DNA of 64,000 bases from Octopus vulgaris (lineage: Eukaryota): positions 17,670,001 to 17,734,000 of the forward strand of contig OX597837.1 in assembly GCA_951406725.2 (NCBI GenBank). Direction: 5' to 3'. The notes below the pieces were generated by a model. That model ran no database searches. It was not told the DNA's origin and saw only the letters and a program-made list of their open reading frames with translations. Positions 50,911 through 64,000 of the stretch are shown here, in pieces. The number at the start of each line of letters is the position of its first letter. Position 1 is the first letter of the stretch. Made by a program: the position numbers and the translations under genes.

Positions 50911-51260
50911 CCCAACCACATGGTTCTGTGTTCAGTCCCATTGTGTGGAAGCTTGGGCAAGTGTCTTTTACTATAGCTTTGAGCCAACCAAAGCCTTGTG
51001 GGTGGGTTTGCTTAACAGAAACTGAAAGACCCCCCCCCCCATCATATATGTATATATATTTACATGTGTATGTGTGTCTGTGTTTGTCTCCCCACCATTG
51101 TTTGACAACTGATGCAGTTCAGCATGAGACCAATAGAGTAAGTACTAAGCTTACAAAGAATAAATCCTGGGGTCAATTTCTTCAACTAAAGCCCTTTAAG
51201 GTGGTGCTCCAGCATTGTCAAATGACTGAAACAAGTGAAAGAATATACAATATGTGTGTG

Positions 51261-51391
<131 letters not shown>

Positions 51392-52271
51392 TTTAGATAG
51401 CATTTATAATTGTGAATATATTCACTTAAGAAAGGTTTATTTTCATTGACATTTAGATTTTTCCCCCTTCCCATTATTTTAGATTCAGATCATATTTATG
51501 ATTTTTTTAAAGAAATTCAGATCATATAAATAATAATTGAGAAACACTTTACCACACTTAAACTTTTTTCAGATTGTATTTAAAATCATAACTATACTCA
51601 TTTAAAAATCACTCTTTCAAAAACACAGCCATACACAGCTAAATCAAAAACAACATCTGAAATTTTAATTAAAAAAAAATTGACCACATCCATACAACCA
51701 TTCTCTCCCTTTATACACAAAAGAATTAAAAAACAAGGCCTTGAGATGCAATTATAGTTCTTACTGGAGAAAATCAAAAACAACATCTGGTCTTCCAATT
51801 AAAATCTTTGATCACTTGAATACAAAAATTTCTTATCTACCCCACCCAAAAGGTCACTAAGTGGGGAAAAAAACAACATATTGAATCCTAATCAAACAAG
51901 TGTCTGACCACAGTGATACAAAAGCCATGCCTCCTTTACTTCCCCCTCCCTCTCAAACTATTTTCTTTTCTTTCCCTTTTTTGAAAACCCCCAAAACATG
52001 CTTCCTTCTACTGTCTTTCTCTATCTTCACTATCTCCCACTCTCCCCTCCTCTCTCATCCTTCCACCTTCCTTTCTAATTTGTTCCTCTTTCTCCTCCTC
52101 CCTCCCCCTTGTCTCTCTAAAACATCAACAGTTTCAATTTTATATAAAAAGGTGAAGCAAACTTACTGTAAACTGTTTTGATAAATCTCATAATAGAAGA
52201 AAGCACTAAAAATGTAAATAAAAATATATATAATCATCCAACATACTGACTACCTTGTTATTCTCTATATA

Positions 52272-53522
52272 TGAGGGGCGTTCAATAAGTAATGCCCCTG
52301 ACCCACTTGCAGTTGTTTGATCTAGCTGAAATTTTGCATGTGCACTTATTTATACCTCTATAGATTAAGTGGCGAATTACAGCTCTGAACTAATTGTGGT
52401 TTCTGATTTACAGGTGTTTGAACTGAGTCAAGTGTGAAATGGAGCCTGTTGAGTGTGGAGCAGTGATCTGGTTTTTGTATTTGAAAGACTTTTGATGAAA
52501 TGAAAGTAACTTATGGTGATGATGCCCCATCATATGACCTTGTAAAACGCTGGCATTGTGAATTCAAACATAGTGGAACTCTGTGGAAACAGCTCCCAGA
52601 TCTGGTCGCCCACTTCTGCCATTGATGAGGCATCTGCCCGTCAAGTTGAGGCTGCCATTTGGAAGGTCAGCACATAACTATTCGCCAAATAGCCCATAAG
52701 GTCAAGATTAGTACCAGGTCTGTGGAAACTATCATTCATGACCATTTGCATATGCAAAAGGTGTCTGCCAGATGGATTTCCAGGTTGCTCACACCTTTCC
52801 AGAAGCAAGAATGCGTTGAGTGCTCGAGGATGAATTTGGAGATGTGCCAAGAAGATGAGTCAAAATTTTTCAAAAGACTGATCACACAGGATAAAACCTG
52901 GGTCCATCACTATGATCCATAAACCAAAGCCCAGTCAATGCAGTGAAAGCACCGTGACTCACCTCCTCCAAAGAAGGCAAGGGTGCAGCCCTCCGCTGAC
53001 AAGGTTATGCTCACAGTCTTCTGGGACCAGGACGGAGTAGTGATGACAGATTTCCTGGCAAAGGGTACCACAATTACAGGAGCCTATTATGCTTCACTTT
53101 TGAGGAAATTAAGAGAAGCTATCAAAATCAAGAGGCGGGGCAAGATCAGCAAAGGCATTGTCCTCCTGCAGGACAACGCTCCAGTCCACAACTCGCGTGT
53201 CGCCAGATCAGAAGCACAGGCGTGCAGCTATGAACTCCTCCCCTTGCACCCTCTGATTTTCACCTCTTCCCAGCCATGAAGTTGATTTTGAAAGGAAAGC
53301 GTTTCCCAGACGATGCAACCTTGATTTCTGAAGTCACGTCGTGGTTGGAGGACCAAGCTGGGGTCTTCTACAAAAATGGTCTCCAGAGCTGTATCAAACG
53401 ATGGGAGAAATGCATAACTTTGGGTAGTTCCTATGTAGGAAAAGACTAATAACTGTGCCAAGTGTCGTTGCTCTACTGCTATGGTAAGTGGGTCAGGGGC
53501 ATTACTTATTGAATGCCCCTTG
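52272..53522 (+). mobile_element. Full-length degenerate mariner transposon (second family)
   Basis: TA-flanked TIRs of about 36 bp (GAGGGGCGTTCAATAAGTAATGCCCCTGACCCACT); motifs WISRLL, ITQDKTWVHHYDP and LLQDNAPVH. Confidence 0.92.
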
Positions 53523-53559
53523 TACAATATTCATATATCACTTCAAAAACTATATATAA

Positions 53560-53855
53560 ATATGATGGACTCTCCCATCGTTAGATGATGTATGAAGTTT
53601 CTTACAGAACATCCATGCAGATGATTTGTTTATATTGATCAAATATTTCTGTAGACATAAGCTCATTCCCTCCATCAAATCGACATTACCTGTACAGGTG
53701 CAACAGGGTGCTACATGTCAGATGCTGAAGTGATCACAGAGTAATGTGAAATGAAGTGCTTTGCTCAAGAACACAATGCAAGCCAGGCCTAGGAATCGAA
53801 CCCACGATCTTGTAATCGTAAATGCAACACTTTAACCACTGAGCCATGTGCCTTC
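53560..53855 (-). mobile_element. tRNA-derived SINE (third family)
   Basis: Minus strand TGGCTCAGTGG (A box), GGTTCGATTCC (B box), then CTTGAGCAAAGCACT; a partial copy lies at about 9500-9740 (+). Confidence 0.75.
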
Positions 53856-56756
53856 ACACACACACACATATATATTCTCCATTGCTACCACAACTTATTA
53901 CACAACCTAATTGTCATTCAATAGAACTAGAAAATTTTTAACTTAACAGACACCAGATAAATCTAAGATGCAATCAAATGTACCTCAGTCTGATGATGAT
54001 ATAGCATCTCAAAACTTTGATGTCTCTGTCAATACTATTCTTGTTAAAGTGGAATAAATGGGTACTGAACCAAACATATTGAGTAATCATTCTGTTTAAT
54101 GTAAAATTGCTTTTATTATAACATACAAACAAATATTAATATACATACATTTATTGTTATATATAAATATATGTACCTTTGTATGTATACACACACACAC
54201 ACAGATACACACACATATATACCCATGCCCACACACATGTCAGTACATGATGTCTTTCTGAACAGACATTTTTTTTCTTAAACCAACCTCCTGCTGGCTG
54301 CCTCTATTAAATAAATCACTATACTATTTGTCACACTGCAGTAACTGCAGTGTGCACTGTGCAGGCCTTATATGCAGCATGCAGTGCTGCTAGCAACATG
54401 CAGTTATTTGTGGCCCTTGTTGTCGGCTGTTCACTGCATTCCCTGCAGTTGTCACCACAACTGTCACTGTTGTGTTGCAGTAGCTAGGTATTCTTCTGCT
54501 GATCATGACATTGATGATGATGATTTTGCATATGCAGCTGCATTTTGTATTGCAGTGCAAGTATGCACGCATGTGTATGATTATGTGTATACATGTGTGG
54601 TGCTGTCTAAGGTTGGAAATGGGTTTTGCAATGTTGAAATGTCAACATATACATATTCACACGCCTCAGAAACATCCACCCTTACTCACACTCACACATA
54701 AACACTCATATATGCATGCTTAACACTCACACTCACTCATGTTTTCAGATATCATCATTACACACACTTACACATACTCATACACACACTTAACACACTC
54801 TTGCACACACACATATTTTCTCAGACATACATAAACCACTCACCCACACATACACCTCCACACATACACATGTATGCAAATACATGCACACACATATACA
54901 TGTACATAAATGCATACACACATACATGCTATGGTCTATGATTGCAGCCAGTAGATGTGCATATACTTTGGTTTCTTCTGCCTGTCTGCATGTCATTGTG
55001 AGTTGCATACAAGCATTCCCTGCTAACTATGCATCATTTGCAGTTGCAGTTATAAAGTAGGTGGGAGTGGTGTTGGTTGGTGGTAGCATGTTCTAGATGG
55101 GTGAGTTGGTGATGAGAGATAGAATGCCGAGGATCAGCATGGTGATGGTGACTATGGCAGTAGTGGTGACAGTAGCTGCAGCGGATAGAGATGGTGGTGG
55201 TGGTGGTGGTGGTATTGGCGAGTGGGAGAATGTTGTTGTTGTTGTTGTTGCTATTGTTGTTGCTGTTGCTGGTGGTGGTGGTGGTGGCCAGATGTTGCTT
55301 TTGTTGGTCAGTTCCATTTGAGAAAAATTTACAATCAAAGGCATTCCAGCCATGACTCTCCTCTTTCTTAAGCTATAATGTATCCAGGACTACATTATTC
55401 AGAATAGTCATGTTTCCTGTTTTTATGACAGTGAAACAGTGATTCTCAACCCTGAAGTCTGTGGACCCCTTGAGATACTACAAAGATGATACTGAAGTCA
55501 GTATATTGAGTTCAAAATTCACTGGGCTGACAAATCTTTTAAAATCACAGAGCCTGTAGGGGAAATTCATTCAAATAAAAATTCTTGGTAGTGAAAAGAC
55601 TCAAAACCACTACATTAAAATGCAATGTGAGGGAGATTTAGTTGCCATTTCTAGTAGGTCAAGTGATTGCTTAATGGCTGCCTCATGGAGTGAGGTTTGT
55701 GGTAGTAGAGTGGTGATTATTTTGGTGATGTTGGTGATGATAGTGGTAGTGATGGTTGTCACCATGGTTTCAGTGTTGTTGGCAGTGGCAGTGGTATCAA
55801 TGATGTTGATAAGGTTGTTGCTGGTGGTGTTGGTGTTGAGCTGGGTATGTAGTGTGATGATGTTTTTTTAACAAAAGTAGCACTTGTTTTTTGGGTTTTT
55901 TTTTGCTCTGTTAGACTCCAGTGGTCTCTCCTGCTAACTTAAGTGGAAGGTATGTCTTCAACCAAGCCTTTTAAGACAACTTTTTAATCTACCTATAAAC
56001 TTACATTCTGCATTAAAAGTTTTAATGCAGTTAGACTATTTCATAACAATAAATGCAGCATGGTTGACTTGTTAAAAAATTAATTTCACAATCACTAGGT
56101 ACCGAGTTTGATTCCACTGCATGACATCTTGGGTAAGTCTATAATTTTTCATGGTCCCAGATCATCTAAGACTTGTGAGTGAAAATGGGTAGATGGAAAC
56201 TGTACTAATTGAAAATGAAAATTTATCACACACAGTGGCCCACTGATCCTGCCTAAAGTTTACATTGAAAGAACATGTGTCTGTGGAATACTCAGCCACT
56301 TTGCATACAAATTCAGTGAACAGGTGGTTCAGTCAATGAAACACCTCACACTCTACCAATGCTGGTGTACCGCAAGGTCTTTTTCAAGTCCTTCACATTA
56401 ATGATCAACCTATTTCTTTTGAACAACTCAAAACTCAGATGTAACAAACATTACTCTTCACTCCTCCCACTGTAAACTTTTATCCTCACAAACAAAAGTC
56501 CACATCATGCAACTTACAAGTTAACAAACTTTCACTGCCTCCAAGGGCAGAGATTTAGGAAACACCTTTCAATGATGCATGAATAATCAGAAACAACAGA
56601 CACAAACCATTCATTCATATAGATGGAAAGGGGTGGTGGTGGAGTATAAATATGATACCTCAACACTGCTGTAATTCCTTCTCTTTCTGACAAGAGCTTG
56701 CTACTCTTCCTTATGATCTTTGGACAGAAAAAACTGCCATCATCATATACATACAT

Positions 56757-56847
<91 letters not shown>

Positions 56848-57882
56848 ATCTGTCCCTGACATAGCATTGTGTGATTGGAAATGCTTGTTACTGTCACACA
56901 AGCTGTGCCTTTCATTTCCAATATTCCATGAAAACATGTCTGGTCATGGGGAAAAAATCACCTTGCTTGGAAACAGGTAAGGGTTGGCAACAGGAAGGGC
57001 ACCTGGCCATAGAAAATCCGCCTCAATAAACTCTGTCCCACCCATGCAAGTATAGAAAATAGGACATTAAAATGATGGTGATGATGATGATAATGATGAT
57101 ATATTTTGTAGTATTGTATTTTTCAATATAATACTAAGTTATAAAAGTGACTCAAGGACTGAGAATTTTGTGCATAGTACTTATCAAGCTCATATATGTG
57201 TCTATAAGTCTGTCTGTAGGTATGTACATATGTTTGTATGCATGATCCAGGAAAGGGGTTGAAAAAATGTGACACCTGAAACCCTTAAATGTGGCCTCCT
57301 AGAAGAAGTCTGAGTTTTATATATTAAAAAATATTAATTAGTTGATATTATTTTTAACTTTAATGTTCTTAAAAGGTCACTGAAATATCTATAAAAACAA
57401 GTTTACATTTTTTTTATACCTTCAATATTTACAATTTCTTTTTCTGCTATAAATTCAATTACATTTTCCTGTATATTTCATAAAATTCTCTTCAATGTGT
57501 ACTTCTTAGATTACATATACATTCAACAAGGCTTTCAAATAAAAATAATATTCACACTCCACCCTGATCTAAAATAGACTTAACTCACCAGTGTAAACAT
57601 TTAAAGAGTCAGTATAAATTTGCAAAACCTTAATCATTTCCCTTAGAATAAAAACATTCCTGCCTGCAGCAAAATTGGACCATATCAGTCATTTTATACA
57701 CATTAGAAGAAAACAAAATACATCCTCATCATCATTATCATTTAACATACACTCTTCCACACTTGAATGAATCAGATGGCAGTTATATGAAGTAGTGGAA
57801 CTGAACCTGGAGCCTGAAGGCTGGGAAGCAAACTTCTTAGCACACAGCCATGCGTGCATATATGTGTCTGTAAATATATATA

Positions 57883-57990
57883 TATACATAAAATATAGGG
57901 TAGTGAGTTTTTTTAGAAATTTCACTATGCATGCTAGGCCACTGGTAGTGAAATTTCTAAAAAAACACACTACCCTATATTTTACGTATA
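57883..57990. repeat. Short foldback palindrome (arms of about 45 bp)
   Basis: TAAAATATAGGGTAGTG...TTTTTAGAAATTTCACTA / TAGTGAAATTTCTAAAAA...CACTACCCTATATTTTA. Confidence 0.9.
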
Positions 57991-58138
57991 TTTAGCAATT
58001 TTTAAAAAAGATTAGTTCAGCATTTATTCATTTACTGCTGACTGAAAGTGCACTTGCACAGTGAATTTGAAAAATTATAATGTATAATGATGATACCTGT
58101 GTTATTCATCTCTTAATTATATGTTAGTGTTATGGCGT

Positions 58139-58209
58139 GGTCACTGATGAGAAATTCGCCTAGCGAATTATTTTATTTACCAAAAAAATTTTGAAACCTA
58201 GGTCTGACC
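58139..58209 (+). ncRNA. Minimal type-I hammerhead ribozyme, all core nucleotides intact
   Basis: GGTCA-CTGATGA-GAAATT...AATTTT-GAAA-CCTAGG-TC|TGACC: 5-bp helix I, 6-bp helix II, palindromic helix III and a GUC cleavage triplet ending at 58204. Confidence 0.75.
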
Positions 58210-58417
58210 GGATTAAAATAACAAGGTAAAACAGTTCTGTATTTAAGAGATGAGGAATTATGTACATTATTTACATTATTTACATTCGATGGATATTTGT
58301 CCTCATCTTGAAGAAGGCTGGAGGATATATCAGCCGAAACGTTTTGTTAACAACAAACAAGATGAGGACAAATATTCGTCGAATGCAAATAATGTAAACA
58401 AGATAAAAGTTTTTATT

Positions 58418-58521
58418 TGTCATTCCTTTTGAAGATTGCTCTTAAATGTGGCTTTGGTCATACTTCTAACGTGTAAAAACTGCCTGTTGAAGGCAGTTTT
58501 CACTTGTGTTTAAATGTACAC

Positions 58522-58567
<46 letters not shown>

Positions 58568-58671
58568 GTGTACATTTAAACACAAGAGAAAACTGCCTTC
58601 AACAGGCAGTTTTTACACGTTAGAAGTATGACCAAAGCCACATTTAAGAGCAATCTTCAAAAGGAATGACA
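58418..58671. repeat. Near-perfect palindrome centred on a (TA)n microsatellite
   Basis: Arms of about 105 bp with one visible mismatch flank (TA)n at about 58523-58566. Confidence 0.92.
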
Positions 58672-58678
58672 TAAATAT

Positions 58679-58778
<100 letters not shown>

Positions 58779-60539
58779 GTATATATGTGTGTGTATATAT
58801 TTATATATACATATATAGTTGAAATTTCTACAAAAAACAAAAGATGAAGACAGGTGTATAAACAACAAACAGGTGTATTAGTTTGATGCTCAACAAGGTG
58901 AGAAAATCTTACATTTTGAGCCTACACTCTTTAACAGAAAGGAACATGAGGAAATAAACAGAGAGAGAATAAAAAAAATTTGGAGTTAGCGGTCAATCAT
59001 GTTGACTAGTTGGGCAAAGGTAGTTAGATAGGAGAGTTAGGAAGAAGGGGAGATAATAAAGTGCTGGTGATCCCAAAATGAAGGGGCACATACATGTGCA
59101 TACATGAGTGTGTGTGTGTCTGTAATGTGTGGGTGTGTGGATGATGGTGTGGCTGCTGGGAAGGGTCAGTGCCAGTGTGTGCAGAGCGGTGTGATGTGGT
59201 GTGGGAATGTGAGGGTGGGGTTTGGGTTTTGGGTGAGCATATGGGTGGGGTGAGCATGTGGGGTAGGGGTGGGGTGTGTGGCAGTAGGATGTGTGGGGTG
59301 GGGTGGATGGAGGGGGTATCAATGAAGAGAGGAAGTAGGTGTCAGGGCAAGAGAGGAGAGGAGAGGTGGATAGGAATGAAGAAAGGAAGTAGGTGTCAGA
59401 TGAAGAGAGGAGAGGAGGGAAGTCAGATGAAGAGGGGAGGAGAGTCCATGTGGTGTAAAGGAGCAAAGAGAGAAGATTAATTCCTGTTCACAGTGAAGGG
59501 CAGGAGTCCAGATGGCCCCTGATGGCACATAAACAGCACCCAGCACATTTTGTAAAGTGGTTGGCATTAGGAAGAGCATCCAACCATAGAAATCATGCCA
59601 CAACAGACAATTGGAGTCTGGACAGCTCCCAGGCTCGCCAGTTCCTGTCAAATTGTCCAATCCATATCAGTATGGAGAACAGACTTTAAACAATGATGAC
59701 GATGATGATGATATATAGGGTGTAGGTATCTTCTACAATAGCCCTTGGAAGACTGAAGCCTTGTTAGTTGATTTAACAGATGTAAACAGAAAGGACTCCA
59801 TTGTGTATCATTGTTATCATTATTTTAATGTCCACTTTTTCATGTTTGCATCAGGTGGGCAGAATTTATTGAAGCAGATTTTCTATAGCCTGATGCTCTT
59901 CCTGTCACTAACCCTCACCTGTTTCTAAGCAAAGTAATATTTTCCCCATAGCCAGACATGTTCTCACAGAATATTGTGAATGAATGACACTATTTGTATG
60001 ACAGTAACACTGATTTACAATTATCATGCAATGTCAAGACAAGGTGATACAAACATATATACATGCATGCTTGCTTGCTTGCATGCATGCATGCATGCAA
60101 GCATACATACATACATACATACATACATACATACATACATACATACATGACAGTATCTCATGTGTTGGCAGGGAGGGCCTCAGGAAAGCACTCTCTTCCA
60201 TACAGTCCCAAAACAGCTGGACTATCATACCTCAAAGAAGACCTAGATGTGAAATGCTCAGCATACCAAAAATAAAAATAAAATAAAAAACAAGACATGC
60301 TTGAATAATTTCCCCAAAGACATGAAGAAGACAGTAATACTGATCTGAAATTTTGGCTCAAGATCAACAATTTCAGGGGAAGAGACAAGTCATTTAAATT
60401 GACCTCAGTGTTCAACTGATACTTATTTTATCAACCCTAAAAGGATGAAAGGCAAAGTCGACCTTGACAGAATAAAGAAGACAGTAATATTGACATGAAG
60501 TAAAGCCTCTCTTAGACATGTAACTGCTACATTATATCA

Positions 60540-61220
60540 CACTTCAAAGGATACGCAATGGGAATCCAAGAACAGAAGATTACTATTAAATATCTAATGA
60601 ACAAAAAAGATTGTGAAGCCTTTGGGGCTCCAAGATGCAACCACAAATGTAGATTATGTCATTTTTGCAGAAGACATCACACATGTAATTAGCAGCTGCC
60701 CAAAAATGTCATCAAAGTACTACCTCCCTTTGTGACATGATTTTGTCACAAAAACAATATACAATGCCAACCTGAAAAAAGACTGTCCTGGGATAAATAT
60801 AAAGAATACACCTGTTACTGAATACATATTCCAACATCAACACTAGGAGTACTGGTGGAACATTCCCATCAAAACATTTGTCAAGGGTAAGCATAACAGA
60901 CCAGATATTGTTGTTTGGGACGGACAAGAGAAAGTATGTAATGTCATAGAGATCGCCCGTCTTACTGATATGAATATCTCTTTGAAAATCAAAGAGAAAG
61001 AGAATAACTATAGATAACTGCTTCAAAACCTCCAGCTTCTATATCCAGATTACAAATTTACATTTATATCAATAATAATTGGTGCACATAGTTTTGTGAG
61101 TAAATGCCTAAGTAACAATCTGGATAATCTTGGATTCTCAGAAAAAAGAAATCAACCAACTAACTTGCACATTACAAATACAATCTGTAAGTGAAACAGT
61201 AAAAGTATGCAAGACTTTTT
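60540..61220 (+). mobile_element. R4/Dong-like non-LTR retrotransposon C-terminus (CCHC and RLE endonuclease)
   Basis: KCRLC...EDITHVISSCPK, EYWWNIPIKT, HNRPDIVVWD, KIKEKENNY and IIIGA motifs, with stops. Confidence 0.8.
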
Positions 61221-61416
61221 TCTAGCAGCAAAAGCCTGAACTACAATGGGTTTGTTTCACAGAGAATTTTTCTGGTTACTTTTGGGTATATCCTCATATG
61301 TATTCCTACATACACTAGGATAAGTAGTAAAAAAAATCAGATCTTATTCTGCATGTTGGATTTGTAGGATTATTGTCAAATGTTTGACTGGTTAATTAAT
61401 TCCGTTATCATATGGT

Positions 61417-61700
61417 ATGCATCACATGACAATATCAGTGCAGTCTTCTCTCTTGCACACTACAAGAGATATCAGATGTAGTTTGCAAGAGGGAAGACTG
61501 CACTGGTATGGTCAAGTGATGCATATGGATGAAGACAGCTGCATAAAGAAGTGCAATCTCTAATTGGGAGGGAGGAGGTAAATCTGAGAAAACCTAGTAT
61601 GAAGGGTGAGAAATGATCTTCAGATGTTGAGCCTCACCAGGGAGATGACAAGGGACTATGACATCAGGTTATTTGCTGTGCTTGTCAAGCTAAGTAAAAT
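61417..61700 (+). mobile_element. 5'-truncated RTE end with a 5' foldback inversion
   Basis: RLHWYGQVMHMDED...RNDLQMLSLT; 61417-61464 is an inverted copy of 61477-61524. Confidence 0.7.
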
Positions 61701-62519
61701 CATGGCCATACAGACAGGCATGTCCTTTACAACCATGCTGCCCTTCATACACACACACAACCTGTCCCTTGTCAAAACTTCTCCACAACTTTTCTTCCCA
61801 ACATCTGTATCTTCCTTCCCCCATCCCTTTCCTCAACCTATGATCACCACCTATTGCAAGTCCCTCCATTCTCCCTCATGTGCCTACCCATACTCCTTTC
61901 ATGCTCTGGCATGTCTATTATAACCCTAATATAAAGGATATTGAGGTAAATATATTAATTTATGATAATATATTAATCACTGCATCATCTCTACTGTTAA
62001 TTTTGGAACATTAACATAGTCATCTTCATGTTAGCTCATTACAAGCTTTGAACCTGAGCACCTATAAACATGTATGGCAGGAAATGCTTAGATATTGTTG
62101 TTAATAAGTAGAGATGGAAGAAATTTGAAGCTATGAACTTATAGCAAGTGGAACATCACTCTCATGGGCTAACAAGTTTGGTGGTTTCTCTTGAGTCCAG
62201 AAAATAATTATTGTTTTCTATAAACATACAACCAAACACACACACACACACACACACATGAGTAAATTCTTTTATTTGTTTGTTATTTGACTGCAGCCAT
62301 GCTGGAGCACCACCTTATAGGGTTTTTAGAAATTGACCCCAGGACTTGTTCCTTGTAAGCCTAGTACTTATTTTATCAATCTCTTTTGCCAAACCACTAA
62401 GTTACAGGGACATAAACACACCAACATCAGTTTTCAAGTGATGGTAGGGGGAGAAACACAGACACAAAGACCCCTACATACATAACTATACACACACACA
62501 TAAGATCACCTCCTCCAAT

Positions 62520-62870
62520 TCCCCCTCCTCTCTGAAAAAGCTTTTTATTGTCTTGCAAGTACTTGGTGACCCTGTCAATGCAGGTACCACTTAAAAGCAC
62601 CCAGTCCACACTGTAATGTGGTTAGTATTTGAAAGGCATCCAGCTGTAAAAACCTTGCCAAAACTGACTTCACTTTTGCTTGTGCCATGTAAAAAGCACT
62701 AAGTCCACTCTGCTGAGTGGTTGGTGTAAGGAAGGACATCCAGCTGCAAAAATCCTGCCAAAAGAGTTACAGAAGTCTGGTAAAGGCCTCTGCCTGGCTG
62801 GCTCTTGTCAAACCATCCCACCCATGCCAGCATGGAAGATAAATATTAAACAATGATGATGATGTTGATA
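62520..62870 (+). mobile_element. RTE LINE 3' UTR remnant
   Basis: AAAAGCACCCAGTCCAC...GGCATCCAGCTG...(GAT)n. Confidence 0.65.
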
Positions 62871-63278
62871 TATATACAACTGACTGCTTTCAGTTTCTGT
62901 CTACCAAATCCACTTACAAAACTTTAGTCAGCTTGATGCTATAGTAGAAGATTGATTACATTGACCCGTGTTCAACTGATACTTATTTTATCGATGAAAG
63001 GATGAAAGGTAAAGTTGACCTTAGTGAAATTTGAACTCAGAATGTGAAGATGGATGAAATTCTACTAAGCATTTTGCTTAGTGTGCTAACAATTCTGCCA
63101 GCTTGCCGCCTTAAATTGAATTGAATATATTAAGTTACAGTAAGCTAACACCATACTTAACAGATGGTTTTTCTTTTATCAATTATTTCATCCACAGAGC
63201 TTTCTCTAACAATTTCTTGTAGTGACTTTACATTTCCTTATTATTTTGATTGGAAGACGGTTAGGAGAATCATTAGAG

Positions 63279-63929
63279 CATAGCTTCCCAAATTGGGTGA
63301 TTTCAACTTATAGGTGGGCGATTCAGCAAATTTCTAGAAAACGGTGGGTAATTTGAGATTTTGTGGGTGACAATGAATTTTTAGAAATCAAGTCTTCATT
63401 TACCTATATCTAGGCATGTCTAGAATAAGGATGCACTTTTATCGATTTGACTATTTGCAAGTGGACTTGTTTATTGATCGAATATTTTTGTCACAGTCAT
63501 TGAGGTGGTTGTCATATGTGCTAAAAATAACAGCAAAGTAGGCCTAGGCCTTAAATCACACCCCACCACAATTTGTTCTCCTTTTTTTTGCATAATCCTA
63601 TGAATTCCCATGTGTAGAATACAATTTCACAAAAATTTTCTGAAAACTCCAAAAAATAAAAAAAAGTTATGAGGGGTTATATGTTATACATAATTTGATG
63701 GTTTATTTTCAGGATGTTGACAAAATATGCAGTCATGCACAAAATGACAGCTTTGAAATCGTGTTTCTTGACTGGGTGAAAAATGATCAAACTTTAAACC
63801 TCTATTACTTTTTAAAAACATTTTTCTAGAAAAAGTTGAATAACTCCTGCAATTTAGCTTGGAAAGGTATATTAATGTGCCAAATTAAAAAAATTTTGAT
63901 AAACTTTAATTTTTGAAATGCTGGCAGCC
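63279..63929. repeat. Dispersed non-coding element, copy 2 (uninterrupted)
   Basis: Reverse complement of 13322-14345 without the 13413-13756 insertion. Confidence 0.8.
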
Positions 63930-64000
63930 AAACGGACTAGATCCATATTTGCTCCAGTAAAGACGTGTCACCTGACTCTGCTCTATCAACTTCTTCTCTT

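Noticed and set aside
55915-55949. Possible 35-nt plus-strand micro-exon (TAG acceptor, GTATGT donor)
   Set aside because: Splice-like signals only, with no partner exons or homology.

Overview
Eukaryotic, AT-rich, microsatellite-laden genomic DNA made up almost entirely of transposable-element remnants. The repeat repertoire (RTE LINE 3' ends with (CAT)n/(GAT)n tails, tRNA/CORE-type SINEs, Penelope-like elements) looks like an octopod cephalopod genome; this is an inference. The only host gene I recognise is the terminal coding exon of epsilon-tubulin (TUBE1, 3209-3367, +). The rest is degenerate RTE, R4/Dong-like, Penelope-like, Gypsy, hAT, Tigger/pogo, Tc1/mariner and Helitron sequence, and most long ORFs in the track are microsatellite or antisense artefacts. 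Three observations stand out. (1) A complete 1.9 kb TSD-flanked retroelement (30192-32112) encodes only an L1/Tx1-type ORF1-like RRM+CCHC protein, with no RT or endonuclease. It sits inside a dead homolog of its own gene that a non-autonomous Helitron captured (three Helitron copies in the window). (2) There are several minimal hammerhead-ribozyme motifs with palindromic helix III, one apparently intact (58139-58209) and one delimiting a 429-bp retrozyme-like unit. (3) Long inverted duplications and palindromes recur around these motifs and around TA microsatellites. All family assignments come from manual motif recognition; no database search was run, and boundaries of degenerate elements are approximate.
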